This document shows positions 22,516 to 36,534 of a DNA stretch of 64,000 nucleotides, piece after piece. This DNA comes from Octopus vulgaris (taxonomy: Eukaryota): the NCBI GenBank assembly GCA_951406725.2, contig OX597817.1, positions 157,480,001-157,544,000 on the forward strand, written 5' to 3'. Position 1 is the first letter of the stretch. Every line of letters begins with the position of its first letter. The position numbers and the translations under genes were made by a program. The notes below the pieces were generated by a model. It ran no database searches. It was given only the letters and a program-made list of their open reading frames with translations, and was not told the DNA's origin.

Positions 22516-24112
22516 CAAAGGTGGGCACTGTTAATCAAAAAGTTAACTTTGTTAACCATTAATCTGTTAACCAAAACATTAACTTCGACAACCGCTAATC
22601 AGTTAATTCTTTAAAAATGTAACAGAAGTTATCAATAAACCATTAACATTAATTTTTAGTATAGAAAAAACAAAAAATCAGTTTTTGCTCTAAAACCACC
22701 TAAAAACATGTTTAAAAAGTGCCAAAACTATAAAATCAGCTTTTTATTTGCCTCCTTTTCAAGGGCTTTAGAACCCCAAAACTATAGTTTTTTCTCTTTT
22801 GAGTTAAAAAATGCTGATTTTATAGTTTTAACTTTTAAAAAGCTGATTTCATAGTTTTGGCTCTTTTTTTTTAGGCTTTTAAAGGTTTTTAAAGCCAGAA
22901 AAGGGTAAAAGGAAATCAAGTGAAACATAATATTAGTATTAAACGTAAAAAAGTTTATTGATTAAGTGGCTGTAAAAAAATAAAAATTTAAATAATGAAA
23001 AACACGATATGTACATAATTTAATTTTTCCTCTTCTTGTTCTCCATTTTGTTCACGAGATGCATGTTGCCCTTCATGAAAATTAGTATGTCAAAGTTTTT
23101 ATCTGAAAGAGATGATCTCTTGGCTCTCAAGATACTCTTGCCCATAGAGAACAAATGCTTCCCTACAGCACTGGAGGGGATAGCTGTGTTGTTGTTTGTT
23201 CCTTCTTAAGCTACGCCTGGCTCATTAGGGCCGGTTTCCCGGTTTCCTTGGCGTATAGGTTCCTCACCTGGATGGGACGCCGATCTGTCACAGGTGAGCT
23301 GCAAAATGCAGGAGGAAAGAGTGAGAAAAAGTTGTGGTGAAAGAGTTAGCAGAAGTTCGCCATTACCTTCTGCTGGAGCCGCGTAGAGCTTAGGTGTTTT
23401 GCTCATAAACACACATATCGCCTGGTCTGAGATTCGAACCCGTGATCCCTCGACTACGTATCCACTGCTCTAACCACTAGGCCATGTGCCTCCACAGCTG
23501 TGTTCATCTTGATGAACAAGTCCACCAACAATTGCTCGCCCAAGAAGGCAGTATCTGTCAACAAGTACTTGGAGTTGGTCTCCAACCAAGTCTTGACCAA
23601 ATTCTGGACCTTGTCCTTGAGTGACCTGTGGCTCCTGCTGCCTTCTTTTGGCCAAGTGACACCACTGAAGAAGTCACCCTCCTCCTCATTGTTGTTGCTG
23701 CCTCCACTGCTTCTGCTCACTTCGTCAGACTGCTGCCTCATGGTCTCCCCGACCTTATCCTCCATGCTTTTCCTCACCTTGGTGTTGTCATACTTATCCA
23801 ACCTCATGAGGTAAAACCTGGGGTGGAAGGCAGCAGCCAACTGGCCTTCCTCATCCTTCAGGAGGGTCCTAAACCTTTTGTCAATGCCTGCCAAAACTGT
23901 GTCGACCAAGGGGCTGCAATAGATGAGGCCCTTGGACTTCAAGTCTTTGAGCCTAAAGATCATCTCAGCAACAATTCAAGTGGACTTGAGTTAATGGAAG
24001 TTAAACGTAATGGGAGTTAATTAGTTTGATAATAATTTCCCAAGTTAACTTAAAAGTTAAATCATTAATGAAAATGTTAACTTAGTTAATTAACAATTAA
24101 TGGCTTAATGGT
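22516..24112 (-). mobile_element. Internally deleted hAT transposon with a C-terminal transposase remnant
   Basis: Left end caaaggtgggcac, with gttaac-rich subterminal repeats at both ends (right TIR not found). ORF 23454-23963 (LAGIDKRF..LAAAFHPRF..LVDLFIKMNTA) continues across the SINE as IPSSAVGKHLFSMGKSILRAKRSSLSDKNFDILIFMKGN, a hAT dimerization domain. Confidence 0.85.
23191..23495 (-). mobile_element. SINE family I (family-D-like head plus family-E-like tail)
   Basis: 9-bp TSD agctgtgtt at 23182-23190 and 23496-23504. A second copy at 61913-62207 has a 13-bp TSD atgtattgcaaga. Confidence 0.88.
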
Positions 24113-24484
24113 TTGTTTAGGTTATGTTTGTGTGTGTGTTTATTGTTTAGGTTTTAAGAATTTAGAAACTTTGAAATGTGAAATAATTCATTTTAAATTG
24201 TAAAACTATAAATAATAAAGGTGCAAACATTGAGTTAAAAACCTTTTTGGGTAGAAAAATTTGAAGGTTTTGTCTACTTTGAATTTTACAGTTAAAAATG
24301 AATTATACATGTGTGTGTGTGGTAATGTCCAAATGAACTAGTACTAAAATCTAGTCTCACATGGAAGTTAACTAAGGTCAGTTTAGTTTCTCTTGTAATA
24401 CTAAACCCAAAGGATATGAAAACGGGGATAATATCTTTTCATACTTTATCTAGGATGTATGTCTATTGGCACCTTAGATATACA

Positions 24485-24689
24485 TTTCTTTACTACCCAC
24501 AAGGGGCTAAACACAGAGGGGGCAAACAAGGACAGACAAAGGGATTAGGTCGATTACATTGACCTCAGTGCGTAACTGGTACTTAATTTATCGATCCCGA
24601 AAGGATGAAAGGCAAAGTCGACCTCAGCGGAATTTGAACTCTAAGCATTTCGCCCAGTGTGCTAATGTTTCTGCCAGCTCGCCACCTTT
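24485..24689 (-). mobile_element. SINE family B monomer
   Basis: Matches 519-750 with a small internal deletion. Confidence 0.85.
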
Positions 24690-26342
24690 TGGTACCTTCG
24701 ATATAATCATTGTATCATCCCTGTACAAATCAAACATGCTTGATGAGAACTTCTTACAGCATGTCCAATGAGAAACTCATCTATATTAACAACAGATTGT
24801 GTCATTCAGTCATGATGTTTCACAAACTTGTTAAGGGGATCTTGAATCTGTCTTCTAGTCAGGAAATCTTTGATAGCGCATCTCCTACCTTTAGAGCAAT
24901 AATCTAGTAGTAGGTGAACTCAAGGAGAAGATCTCTTACACACCCAACCCAGACTCATCAAAATAGCAATGACTTTGCAGTATAATCAGGTTGAAACCCA
25001 TTTTTCTCTTAATGTTAAGTCTGTAGTGGATCTTGCAGGCATGAAGTGGATTCGATCCACCATAGCCAAATTTAAATTAACACTGCACCAGAACTTTTCC
25101 CACAATGGAACGATGGTTTTTCTCTGACAGCAGATTTACATTTGCCAAATTCCCTTTAGCTAGGCCAAAATAATGTCTTCATCGTTTGACCCTTTCTAAC
25201 CTCTTCTACTTCACCAAAAGCTAGAATAGAGATAAGAAGACCACCAACTAAATCTATTGTTCTCAATGATATATCTATTCTTCTGGGTGGTTATAAAAGC
25301 AAGCACACCCCAAGCAAAAATCATTTGGTCACAGTCGGTGATGACTCAACGAGAAATAAAGTTTACTGTCAGTAACTTTGATACAACGTCCCACACCCTA
25401 CAACTCTCACTAGCTCTAATTCTGTTCTCTTACAACATCATTCTATCTCTCTCTGTATTTACTACTAAACAATGAAGAGGACACAAACACAAACTTTACT
25501 TCCCATACTTTGGCAAGGTATTTGTAACGTAACGGTAAATAAATACTTTCTTAAAACTTCATGCATTGTTCATCTTTCACATCTTACAACTTGCCATCAT
25601 AATAACAAATAAAATCGTTATAAGTCCATCAAATGTAAGGCTTCCTTCTGTTAGCTGATAAACATTTTCCTCCACATACAGGTATAAAAGGCTTTTCAAT
25701 AGATAGATACTTCAGATTTCCTTCACTTGTCAGAAAGAATGCAAGCCTTACTCCATCAAAAACAAAAGAACTGTATTTGGTAGAGAAGAAACAAATACTT
25801 GAATATTCTTACCCAGAATATTCTTAACTGCTAAATCAGAGATGTTTACACTTTGTTTACATGAGCAGAAGTACATTCTAAAAAAATGTTCTCTCTCCTC
25901 ATTATTTCTTGCAGTAGACCCCTTGTTCAGGTTTGCATCCATTTAATATTTTTGTTCTCCATTCTTTTCTTTCTCCCTTCCTTAGTCCCACCATCTCTCT
26001 GTCTCTTCCTTTCCCTACATTTGTATTTTCTGTTCTGTTCGGCATTTCAAAACTGAGCTTTCCTCTGGCAAAGGAAATAACTCTTGAACCCATAACCATG
26101 AGCCACTGTCATTGCACAATTTACTCTTAATAATAATGATTTTTTTTTCTTTATATATAAAAAAATAACTTTTTTTTTTCACTTTCCTGAAAGGCTTTGC
26201 ATGCAGAATTTTTACAGCAGTCCTCTTTGGCAGTATTCATTTAGAATTATATATTTCCCATTTAATGAGTGAAGGGCATTTGCCTTTTATAAAACATGGA
26301 TTCATGGCCATTGTTTGTTAGTATGAGCCTCACTATATTTAA

Positions 26343-26561
26343 CCCTTTAGTGCTCAGATTATTCAATCAAACATAATGCCTACTGATTCCCATTGATTTG
26401 AATTAATCATGCATTATCTCATATCTTCAAGATCTTGATGGTGTAATTACTTAATGTAGAATAACATTGTAGGGTAGGTGTGAGGGCCTGGATCTGGTCA
26501 GTTTGAACATAAAACAGATTAGCTATTTTGGCCGGATATGGCCGGTTTAAATGCTAAAGGG
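26343..26561. mobile_element. piggyBac-type MITE, uninterrupted
   Basis: TTAA-CCCTTTAG ... CTAAAGGG-TTAA. Confidence 0.85.
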
Positions 26562-27199
26562 TTAAATAGCTGAATGCTCTCTCTTTTATTAAGAACAACT
26601 GATCTGTCTGTCTCTGTCTCTCTCTCTCTCTCTCCCCCCACCCTCTCTCATATATACATACACACACATTTTAAGTTGGAATCTCTGCAAAAGAGGTCAT
26701 GGGTACATGTTTTTTCTTTTCATCATCATCATCATTTAACGTTCGTTTTCCATGCTAGTATGTGTTGGACGGTTCGACCGGGGTCTGGTAAGCCATGGAG
26801 GCTGCACCAGGCTCCAGTCTGGTTTGGCAGTGTTTCTACAGCTGGATGCCCCTCCTAACGCCAACCACTCCGTGAGTGTAGTGGTTGCTTTTTACGTGCC
26901 ACCAGCATAGGGGCCAGAGGAGGCTGGCAAACGGCCACGATCGGTAGGTGCTTTTACGTGTCACCGACATGGACGCCAGCCAGGCGGCGCTGGCATTTAC
27001 CATGTTCGGATGGTGCTTTTTACGTGTCACCGGCACAGGTGTCTAAAAAAGTGCTTTTCAACAAGAAAACAAATCTTGTTAAAAACCAGACTCTATAATG
27101 TAAACTTTTGACTTAAAAATAAGGATTCCATATTTTTTCTAATGAAGACAGAAGATTAACTGGAATAGCAAATGCCTTATACTGTTTAGTTTTAATCCA

Positions 27200-27330
27200 C
27201 ACCAGATGGCTGGACATGATTAAAGAAGATCTCCAGAGGCTCAGCATCTCTTTGGCAGATGCAGAGGGACTGGCACAGGAGCGCTAGCCATGGTGGGCAC
27301 TGGTGGACCTGATTGGCTCTACACATTATG
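27200..27330 (+). mobile_element. Short RTE-like ORF2 3' remnant
   Basis: TRWLDMIKEDLQRLSISLADAEGLAQER*PWWALV. Confidence 0.65.
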
Positions 27331-27942
27331 ACACCTCTAGGACCACTGACTTGGAATCACCCCAATCTCATCAAACCAGAGCATGAAGCCAAGCCTATAA
27401 GCCATGCTTGGGTTGGCTTTACCTTGCATCTCTCAAAGGTTGATAAAATAAGTACCAATAATGTACAAGTCAAGACAACTCAGTTTTCAATACTTTTTCC
27501 CTGCAAACACCGGCTTTCTTTCGTTTCACAAGAAATGATTATTGCACAACACTGACTTCTCAGACACTGATGGTCCAGAACCTCTTATATCCTGTGTTAA
27601 TTTATGAGTAGGAACTTCAAATTCTCACAGCTGCCAGTCTGGTTTGCTGGTACCTTGCATAGTATAGTAGAAATAATTATTTACACTAATGTATAAATAC
27701 TTGTATTTCCTTTACTCTTTTACTTGTTTCAGTCATTTGACTGTGGCCATACTGGAGCACCGCCTTTAGTCGAGCAAATCGACCCCTGGACTTATTCTTT
27801 GTAAGCCTAGTACTTATTCTATCGGTTATGTTTTGCCGAACTGCTAAGTTACAGGGACGTAAACATACCAGCATCGGTTGTCAAACGATGTTGGGGAGAC
27901 AAACACAGACACACAAACATATACACACACATACATACATAT

Positions 27943-27994
<52 letters not shown>

Positions 27995-30042
27995 GACGAG
28001 CTTCTTTCAGTTTCTGTCTACCAAATCCACTGACAAGGCTTTGGTTGGCCTGAGGCTATAGTAGAAGACACTTGCCCAAGGTGAAATGCAGAGGGACCGA
28101 ACCTGGAACCACGTTGTTATTAAGAAAGCTACTTACCACACAGTCACTCCTATGCCTATGTTTATCTTTTATTTTTTCACTTGTTTTAGTCATGTGGCCA
28201 TGCTGGGGCACCACTCTGAAGAGTTATAGTCAAACAAATTGACCCCAGGATTTATTTTTTTTGTAAACCTAGTAATTATTCTATTGATCTCTTTTGCTGA
28301 ACTCTAAGTTATGGGGATGTAAACACACCAACACTGGTTGTCAAGCAGTGGTGAGGGACAAACTCAGACACAAAGACACATACACACACAGATACACATA
28401 CACACAGATACACATACACACAGATACACATACACACAGATACACATACACACAGATACACATACACATAGATACACACAAACACACACACATCACAGGC
28501 TTCTTTCAGTTTTCATCTATCAAATTCACTCACAAGGCTTTGGTCAGCCTGAGGCTTTAGTAGTAGACACTTTCCCGAAGCACCATGCAATGGAACTAAC
28601 CTGGAACCATGTATTGGGAAGCAAGCTTCTTGTCACACAGCCATACCTGCACCAAATTATTTAATTAAAATTAATATTTGTTTAATCAACACTGTGTTGA
28701 CCAAAGTGACCACCTCCTGGTTCAGAAAAATCAGTAATTTGGAAAGGCTCTGGAACTAAAGGTACCAAAAAATCCATGTTCTACCTGTACTTGCAATATT
28801 GTGATAATTGTAGATTGATAGAATCATAAGAGTTTTGGACAAAATAACTTATGGTATTTGTACTTCTTCCATCTCTTCAGGTTCTGAGTTCAAATATTGC
28901 TGAGATCAACTTTACTTTTGATTTGTCCATTATCATCATCATCGTTTAACGTCCGCTTTCCATGCTAGCATGGGTTGGATGATTTGACTGAGGTCTGGCG
29001 AACCAGATGGCTGCACCAGACTCCAATCTGATCTGGTAGAGTTTCTGCAGCTGGATGCCCTTCCTAATGCCAACTACTCCAAGAGTGTAGTGGGTGCTTT
29101 TTATGTGCCACCAGCACGGAGCCAGTCAGGCGGTACTGGCAACGACCTCGCTCGAATCATTTTACACACGCCACCGGGACAGGTGTCAGTAAGGTGACAC
29201 TGGTAACGATCACGCTTGAATGGTACCTTGTATGTGCCACCGGCATGGAAGCCAGTTAGTCGCTCTGGCTCTGTCAACAATCACACTCATATGGTGCTCT
29301 TTGCACCCCGCTAGCACGGATGCCAGCCATCAAATTTTATCAGGGTTGATAAAATAAAGTACTAGTCAATTAGGATTGATATAACTAACTTTAGGTCTTC
29401 CCTAAATTTGTGATAGCCTCCTGCTTATGGGAGAAATAATTATGTTTTTCATACAAGATTGTATCTCTGAATATACATGCTCTGGCAATAATGCATGTTA
29501 ATTCTTTGTAAATCTTTAACTGAAACTAGTCCTTGTGTAATAAAGATAAATGAATCATTCTATCTTGATGTAAATCCAATGAAATATCACAAAATGTAAC
29601 AGTTAATGACTTATAAATATTTCCTGTGTAAAATGAAAGTATTCAGTAACAGAGGAGTCTATGAATATAATGGTAATTTAATACCATGCCTATTCTTTTG
29701 CACACAGAGAAACTAATTCAAACACTTTTTCCAGTCACATCTGATGTCGTTGTCACGTGTTTACAAGAAATAATTGTGGCGAATGTGAGCTGGCTTGTAA
29801 GCTTATCATAGACAACTCATCCACCAAGATTAAGATATGATATGATGGGAGAGTCAGTTTGACATCACAAAATTAGATAGAACAGGATCGAATTTAATAT
29901 GATGATAAATAGACGTAGATTAAGACTGTCACCACGTTGGCCAAGAATGATTTGGAATATTAATTGAAGTTCTCTGATAGGTATCATTACAGAAGCCAGG
30001 CTGTTTCACATGTTAGCTGGAAGGAAAGGATAACAAATGAAT

Positions 30043-30095
<53 letters not shown>

Positions 30096-30164
30096 CACAC
30101 ACATAGTCTCTTTCGCATTTTTTACTGCTTTCCATCACTGAAATTTGGTCATGCTGTGACATGT

Positions 30165-30205
<41 letters not shown>

Positions 30206-30630
30206 CATGTGTGTACATATAATGGACTCTCCCATTGAAGACTTAAAGACGATGTATGAGTGTTCAACTTCTGCTGAATGACCTGCACAAGTGATTGGTT
30301 TATAGTGATCAAATGTATGTGCCATACATTAGCTCACTCTCTCCATATATGTATATACATACATACATACATATATCATCATCATCATCATCATCATTTA
30401 GCATCCGCATTCCATGCTGGCATGGGTTGGACGGTTCAACTGGGGTCTGGGAAGCCAGAAGGCAGCACCAGGCCCAGTCTGATCTGGCAGTGTTTCTACA
30501 GCTGGATGCCCTTCCTAACGCCAACCACTCCATGAGTGTAGTGGGTGCTTTTTACGTGCCACCGGCACAGGTGCCAGAGGAGGGCTGGCAAACGGCCACG
30601 ATCGGATGGTGCTTTTTACGTGCCACCGGC

Positions 30631-31170
30631 GGTTGTCCAGAAAGTTCGTACCGATTTATAGTAGCTTACATTTCGACTTATTTTAGAACATGGTTGTGTC
30701 CATAAAATAGGATTTGACTACATCTCCATTTAGAGTACAGTTTAAGCTATCTTTTCGTGGAAGAAGATTTATGTTCCTATAACCTGTGTTAATTCTGTAA
30801 CTCTTTAAAATGGAAGATAAGAAAGTTCATTTTCGGCACTTTCATTTTCCATAAAGGTAAAAATGCCTCACAAGCAACCAAAGAAATAGGTGGAGTTTAT
30901 GGTGATGTTTCTTTATCCGAAAGAACTGTACAGATGTGGTTCGCAAGGTTCCGAGCCGGAGATTGTAGCCTTATTGATAAAGAGCGATCAGGCAGACCAT
31001 CCACTACAGATGAGAATAACCCACATTGCACAACCCTAGAATTGGCAGAAAGCCTCAACCTATCAAAATCTGTTGTTCATGAGCACCTGGTAAAGCTTGG
31101 GTAATGGCAAGTATTTATTGACCTTTTCCTTTCCCCTTAAAAATCAGCACAAACTTTCCGGACAACCCAA
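30631..31170 (+). mobile_element. Internally deleted mariner of the same family as 7446 (N-terminal HTH-retaining derivative)
   Basis: Same TIRs, with the left one clipped by a family-C copy at 30377-30630. Reads MEDKKVHFRH / FHKGKNASQATKEIGGVYGDVSLSERTVQMWFARFRAGDCSLIDKERSGRP. Confidence 0.9.
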
Positions 31171-31181
31171 TATATATAGAT

Positions 31182-31441
31182 ATACAAGGTGGTGTCCAAA
31201 AGTAACTGGAAACGTTCTCTGTGGGACAAACCCGTTATAGTTCAGGCTTGCGCCGCTAGAGGCCACTTGATGCAACCCTCAGGCATCAGTTTGCTGACCG
31301 GTGTTGTCCTCTGGGGCCATACTGCCATGCAGTGCATCCTTGTTTTGCAGTGCTTCTTCCCTGTTTGTCGATTTTTGCGAAGGCTGAAATGAAGGAACAA
31401 TGTGTTTCTGTGAAATTCTATTTTCTGCTGGGGAAAACGGT
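31182..31441 (+). mobile_element. 5' fragment of a third mariner family
   Basis: TA-caaggtggtgtccaaaagt TIR-like start followed by MKEQCVSVKFYFLLGKT. Confidence 0.65.
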
Positions 31442-31524
31442 GGGCAAAAAGATAAACCACTGCTCTATACTTTACAATGTTACCTACTTACAGTTGTATT
31501 ACTTAATTACAGTAGTAGATTATA

Positions 31525-31902
31525 GTGGAGGCGCAATGGCCCAGTAGTTAGGGCAGCAGATTTGTAGTCATGGGATCGTGGTTTTGATTCCCAGACTGGG
31601 CACTGTGAGTATTTACTGAGCGAAAACACCTAACGCTCCATGAGGTTTTGGCAAGGGTTTGTGGCAGACCCTGCTGTACTCATTCACTACAACTTTCTCT
31701 CACTCTTTCTTCCTGTTTCTGTTGTACCTGTATTTCAAAGGGCCAGCCTTGTCACACACTGTGTCATGCTGAATCTCCCTAAGAACTATGTTAAGGGTAC
31801 ACATGTCTGTGGAGTGCTCAGCCACTTATCCATTAATTTCCCGAGCAGGCTGTTCCGTCGATCAGATCAACTGGAACCCTTGTCGTCGTAACTGACGGAG
31901 CA
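31525..31902 (+). mobile_element. SINE family D
   Basis: ggaggcgcaatggcccagt head. Other copies: 39987-40367 (15-bp TSD atgttcattttgtgg), 54392-54778 (-) and 60868-61254 (24-bp TSD). Confidence 0.9.
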
Positions 31903-32393
31903 CCACGTAACATTGTGTGATATCAACTTATAATGGAGAATATACTACAACGTGTTACTTAGAGACAGGTGAACTTAGTCAGTGAAAACTAGCGTCTTGG
32001 ACTTGATCACAACACAACACCAGTGACAGCATATGACCTGTTGACTCTTCAGTGTTTGACTGGTTCTCTGTCAACTTGACAATTCATAGGTTTTTATGAT
32101 TAAAGGAAATCACCATCATCATCATAATTTTAATGTCCACTTTTCAATGATTTCGTGCTTTGGATGGTGTTTACTGAGGCAGATTTTCCATGGGTGGATG
32201 CTCTTCCTGTCACTAAGCCTTTCCTGTTTTCAAGCAAGATTATTTCCCCATGGTCAGACATATTTCTGAAGACTATTGGAAATGAATGACACTGCTTGTA
32301 TGACAAGTACATTCATTTACAACAATCATGCAAGATCAAGGCAAAGAGACACACACATACATTCATGCACACACATATTCACACACACACACC

Positions 32394-32900
32394 CATGCAC
32401 ACGCACACATCCATGCACACACACACACATCCATGCACACACACATGCATCCATGCACACACACATCCATGCACACACATCCATGCACACACACACATCC
32501 ATGCACACACACACATCCATGCACACACACACATCCATGCACACACACACATCCATGTACACACATCCATGCACACACACACATCCATGCACACACACAC
32601 ATCCATGCACACACACATCCATGCACATACACATGCATCCATGCACACACACATCCATGCACACACACACACATCCATGCACACACACACACATCCATGC
32701 ACACACACACACACACATCCATGCACACACACATCCATGCACACACACACACATCCATGCACACACACACATCCATGCACATACACATCCATGCACACAC
32801 ACAAATCCATGCACACACACATCCATGCACACACACACACACACATCCATGCACACACACACACACATCCATGCACACACCCACATCCATGCACACTCAC
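32394..32900. repeat. Compound minisatellite [ATCCATGC(AC)n] of about 28 units
   Basis: Directly visible; it produces the spurious His/Thr- and Cys/Val-rich ORFs. Confidence 0.95.
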
Positions 32901-33984
32901 ACATATACATACACATACACACACAATGGCATTCTTTCAGTTTCTTCCTACCAAATCCACTCACAAAGGCTACAGTAGAAGACGCTCGCCCAAAGTGCCA
33001 AGCAGTAGGACTGAACCCAGAACCATGTGGTTGGGAAGCAAGCTTCTTACCATTCAGTCACATCTGCACCTTATATTATGTCACAAAAAATTAAAAAGAA
33101 AAGAAAATGTACAAAGGTATAACTGTTAATCTCCTGTTGAAGTTGGTATCAGCTGCAAATAAATAAAAGAATGATTTAAGATAATTCTATCTGAAGGGCT
33201 GAATTCATGTAGAATGTCTATTTAAGTTTACAATAAGTGGTGTTTTGTTAATCTTTGCCTTTTACCAGCTTTCAGCTATAAGCCATTATTATGTAATTTT
33301 CTATTTGTGCACAAAATGTTGTATGTTTGCATAATAAGGGAGATTTCCTTTTGCCTGAAGATAATGGGTCATTTCCTTAACATTTAATAAATCTTACATT
33401 TCATCCTATCATACCATTATATTATTGTAATTGTCAATTTCAGAGAGAGTTTGGAATGTTAAAGTAAGACGTGGAGTTATAAAATCCAAAGTCAAATTAA
33501 GAAAATTACCCTTGTAAAAGACAAACATCATACAATATATTTTGTCTCTTCTCTGAGAACCTGAGTGTTTGTAAATATAGAAGAAATAAATATTATGTAT
33601 GTTCGTTTAGCATTGTCCTACATATGTCCAGTATGTGTTTTTAGATAGATGTTTAGAGATGTGCTTAGACAAGTATATGTTTAATGCAATAAGGTATTTT
33701 TATGCTTGGAGAAACAGGTATTTAAATGGTTTAAATGTTTAAATTTTTATGTTTAGAGAAATAGGTGTTTTATCTGTGTTTAGAATGGTGATTATTTGGT
33801 TTGAATGCATAATTAAATATCATGATACTTAATGTCTTTACAGTGAGTTCTGTAAAATAGTGATAAGATCTTTGCAACTTAAACATGTTGAGTAGGTTCA
33901 AATCCTGGCTGAGTCATTTCAGTTCACTTACTCTTCATACTTGTGGTTTCTGGTTGAGCACTTCAAAAATATATGTACACAGAC

Positions 33985-34405
33985 AAGGCGGCGAACTGGC
34001 AGAAATGTTAGCACGCTGTGTGAAATGCTCAGCAGTATTTCGTCTGCCGCTACATTCTGAGTTCAAATTCTGCTGAGGTCGACTTTACCTTTCATCCTTT
34101 CGGGGTCGATTATATAAGTACCAGTTACGCACTGGGGGTCGATGTAATCGACTTAATCCGTTTGTCTGTCCTTGTTTGTCCCCTCTGTGTTTAGCCCCTT
34201 GTGTGTAGTAAAGAAATAGGTATTTCGTCTGCCGTTACGTTCTGAGTTCAAATTCTGCTGAGGTCGACTTTACCTTTCATCCTTTCGGGGTCGATTATAT
34301 AAGTACCAGTTACGCACTGGGGGTCGATGTAATCGACTTAATCCATTTGTCTGTCCTTGTTTGTCCTCTCTGTGTTTAGCCCCTTGTTGGTAGTGAAGAA
34401 ATAGG
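33985..34405 (+). mobile_element. SINE family B dimer (head plus 2 x 185-bp body)
   Basis: gtatttcgtctgcc recurs at 34035 and 34220. Confidence 0.9.
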
Positions 34406-34481
34406 TCTCTGATCACAGTTGGCAAAGGGATCTCTTTCTTAGATTTTCTCCTTGTCACATATTATATGGAAATAAAATTCT

Positions 34482-34538
<57 letters not shown>

Positions 34539-36534
34539 TGTGTGTGTAATGGATATCAGTGAAAACAACAGCCAAGGCAAGTAATGTTTGGTGGTGAGAG
34601 AGGGTAATGAATGTCAACAAAGGAGAGACCTGAGAAATTGTTGGCTAACTTTCGCATGTGTAACAGATGAAATGTATTGGGTTCCAACGTAATTCTTCAT
34701 TATTCATAGGAGTGGCTGTATGGTAAGTAGCTTGCTTACCAACTACATGGTTCCGCGTTCAGTCCCACTGCGTGGCACCTTGGGCAAGTGTCTTCTACTA
34801 TAGCCTCGGGCCGGCCAAAGACTTGTGAGTGGATTTGGTAGATGGAAACTGAAAGAAGCTTGTTGTATATATAAATATATATACGTGTGTGTGTGTGTAT
34901 GTGTGTGTATATGTTTGTGTGTCTGTGTTTGTTCCCCCAACATCGCTTGACAACCGATGCTGGTGTGCTTACGTCTCCATACTTAGCGGTTTGGCAAAAG
35001 AGACCAATAAAATAAGTACTAGGCTTACAAAGAATAAGTCCTGGGGTCGATTTGCTCGGCTAAAGGTGTTGCTCCAGCATGGCCACAGTGAAATGACTGA
35101 AACAAGTAAAAGAGTAAAGAGTAAAAGAGTATTCAAGAAATGTGATGAGAGTGAAAAATAAGGGATACAGACAGGAGTGGAAGTGGGAATTGAGTAAGGG
35201 CAGATCTAGAGTATTTCTCATTTCATGGGTTACATGACGTAGTAAACAGAGGAAGGGTGACAGAAGGATTAAAGGGAATTGAATAAGCAGTGAGGGAAAC
35301 AAGTGCAGATTTCAACACCTAGCTTCTTCAGCAACCACTGGATCACAAAGAAGCATGTCAAATCGAAATTGAACCAATCCTATGACTGGCACCCGGCAGA
35401 TGCCAGGACCCCTGGACTGGTGGTACGTAAAAAGCTCTATCCGAATCGTGGCCGATGCCAGCGCCGCCTCGACTGGCTTCCGTGCCGGTGGCATGTAAAA
35501 TGCACCAATCCGACCGTGGCCGTTGCCAGCCTCGCCTGGCACCTGTGCGGGTGGCACGTAAAAAGCACCCACTATACTCACGGAGTGGTTGGCGTTAGGA
35601 AGGGCATCTAGCTGTAGAAACATTGCCAGATAAGACTGGAGCCTGGTGCAGCCTTCTAGCTTCCCAGATCGCCGGTCGAACCGTCCAACCCATGCTAGCA
35701 TGGAGAACGGACGTTAAACGATGATGATGATGATGATGATGTGTATGTGTGTGTGTGTGTGTGTGTCTGTGTATGTTTGTGTGTCTGTGTTTGTCCCCGC
35801 CCCCAACATCGCTTGACAACCAATTCTGGTGTGTTTCTTGAATACTCTTTTATTCTTTACTCTTTATTTGTTTCAATCATTTGACTGTGGCCATGCTGGA
35901 GCACAGCCTTTAGTCAAGCAAATCGACTCCAGGACTTATTCTTTGTAAGCCTAGTACTTATTCTATCGGTCTCTTTTGCCGAACCACTAAGTTATGTGAG
36001 CGTAAACACACCAGCATCGGTTGTCAAGTGATGTTGTGGGGGACAAACATAGGCCTTCTCCAAGTTGATGAAAGATAGGTAATAGTGGCTTATTCTCAGC
36101 AAAGCACTTATCCTGTAGTCATCTCATTAGGAAGGTGGTATTAGTGTAGTGGTATCTTTACTTTGTATAAAGCCAAACTGCTTTTCATCCAGGCTAATCC
36201 TATTCCTAGTAAAACAGAAATAACAACAATAATATAATGCTCTCAAGAAAATAAGAACATTAGGATTTCCTAATCCATCCTCCTTTAAAAATTAAAAAGT
36301 TCTAAGTTAAACTGAGGCCAGCAATAAGAAGAGAGAGCTTTGGGCGATTGCATGTTGATCTGCCTGTGTTACAATATTTTAAAAGAAAATCTTCATCGGT
36401 GATAACGATTCATCATTGTTTTAATGTCAACTTTTCCATACTTGCAGGGGTTGGGCGGAGTTTATTGAGGCAGATTTTCTATGGCCAGAAGACTTTTCTG
36501 TTACCAACTCTCACATGTTTCTCCAAGTAAGGTA

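Noticed and set aside
25500-26130. Coding-like minus-strand segment with short ORFs
   Set aside because: Broken frames and no recognisable family.
32276-33129. Longest ORFs in the track (272 and 277 aa, His/Thr- or Cys/Val-rich)
   Set aside because: Open in all six frames only because the CA-rich minisatellite lacks stop codons.
35129-35845. Shared flank tattcaagaaa on two inverted SINE-A tails
   Set aside because: The tails are otherwise clearly diverged and part of the match comes from host sequence; could be chance.
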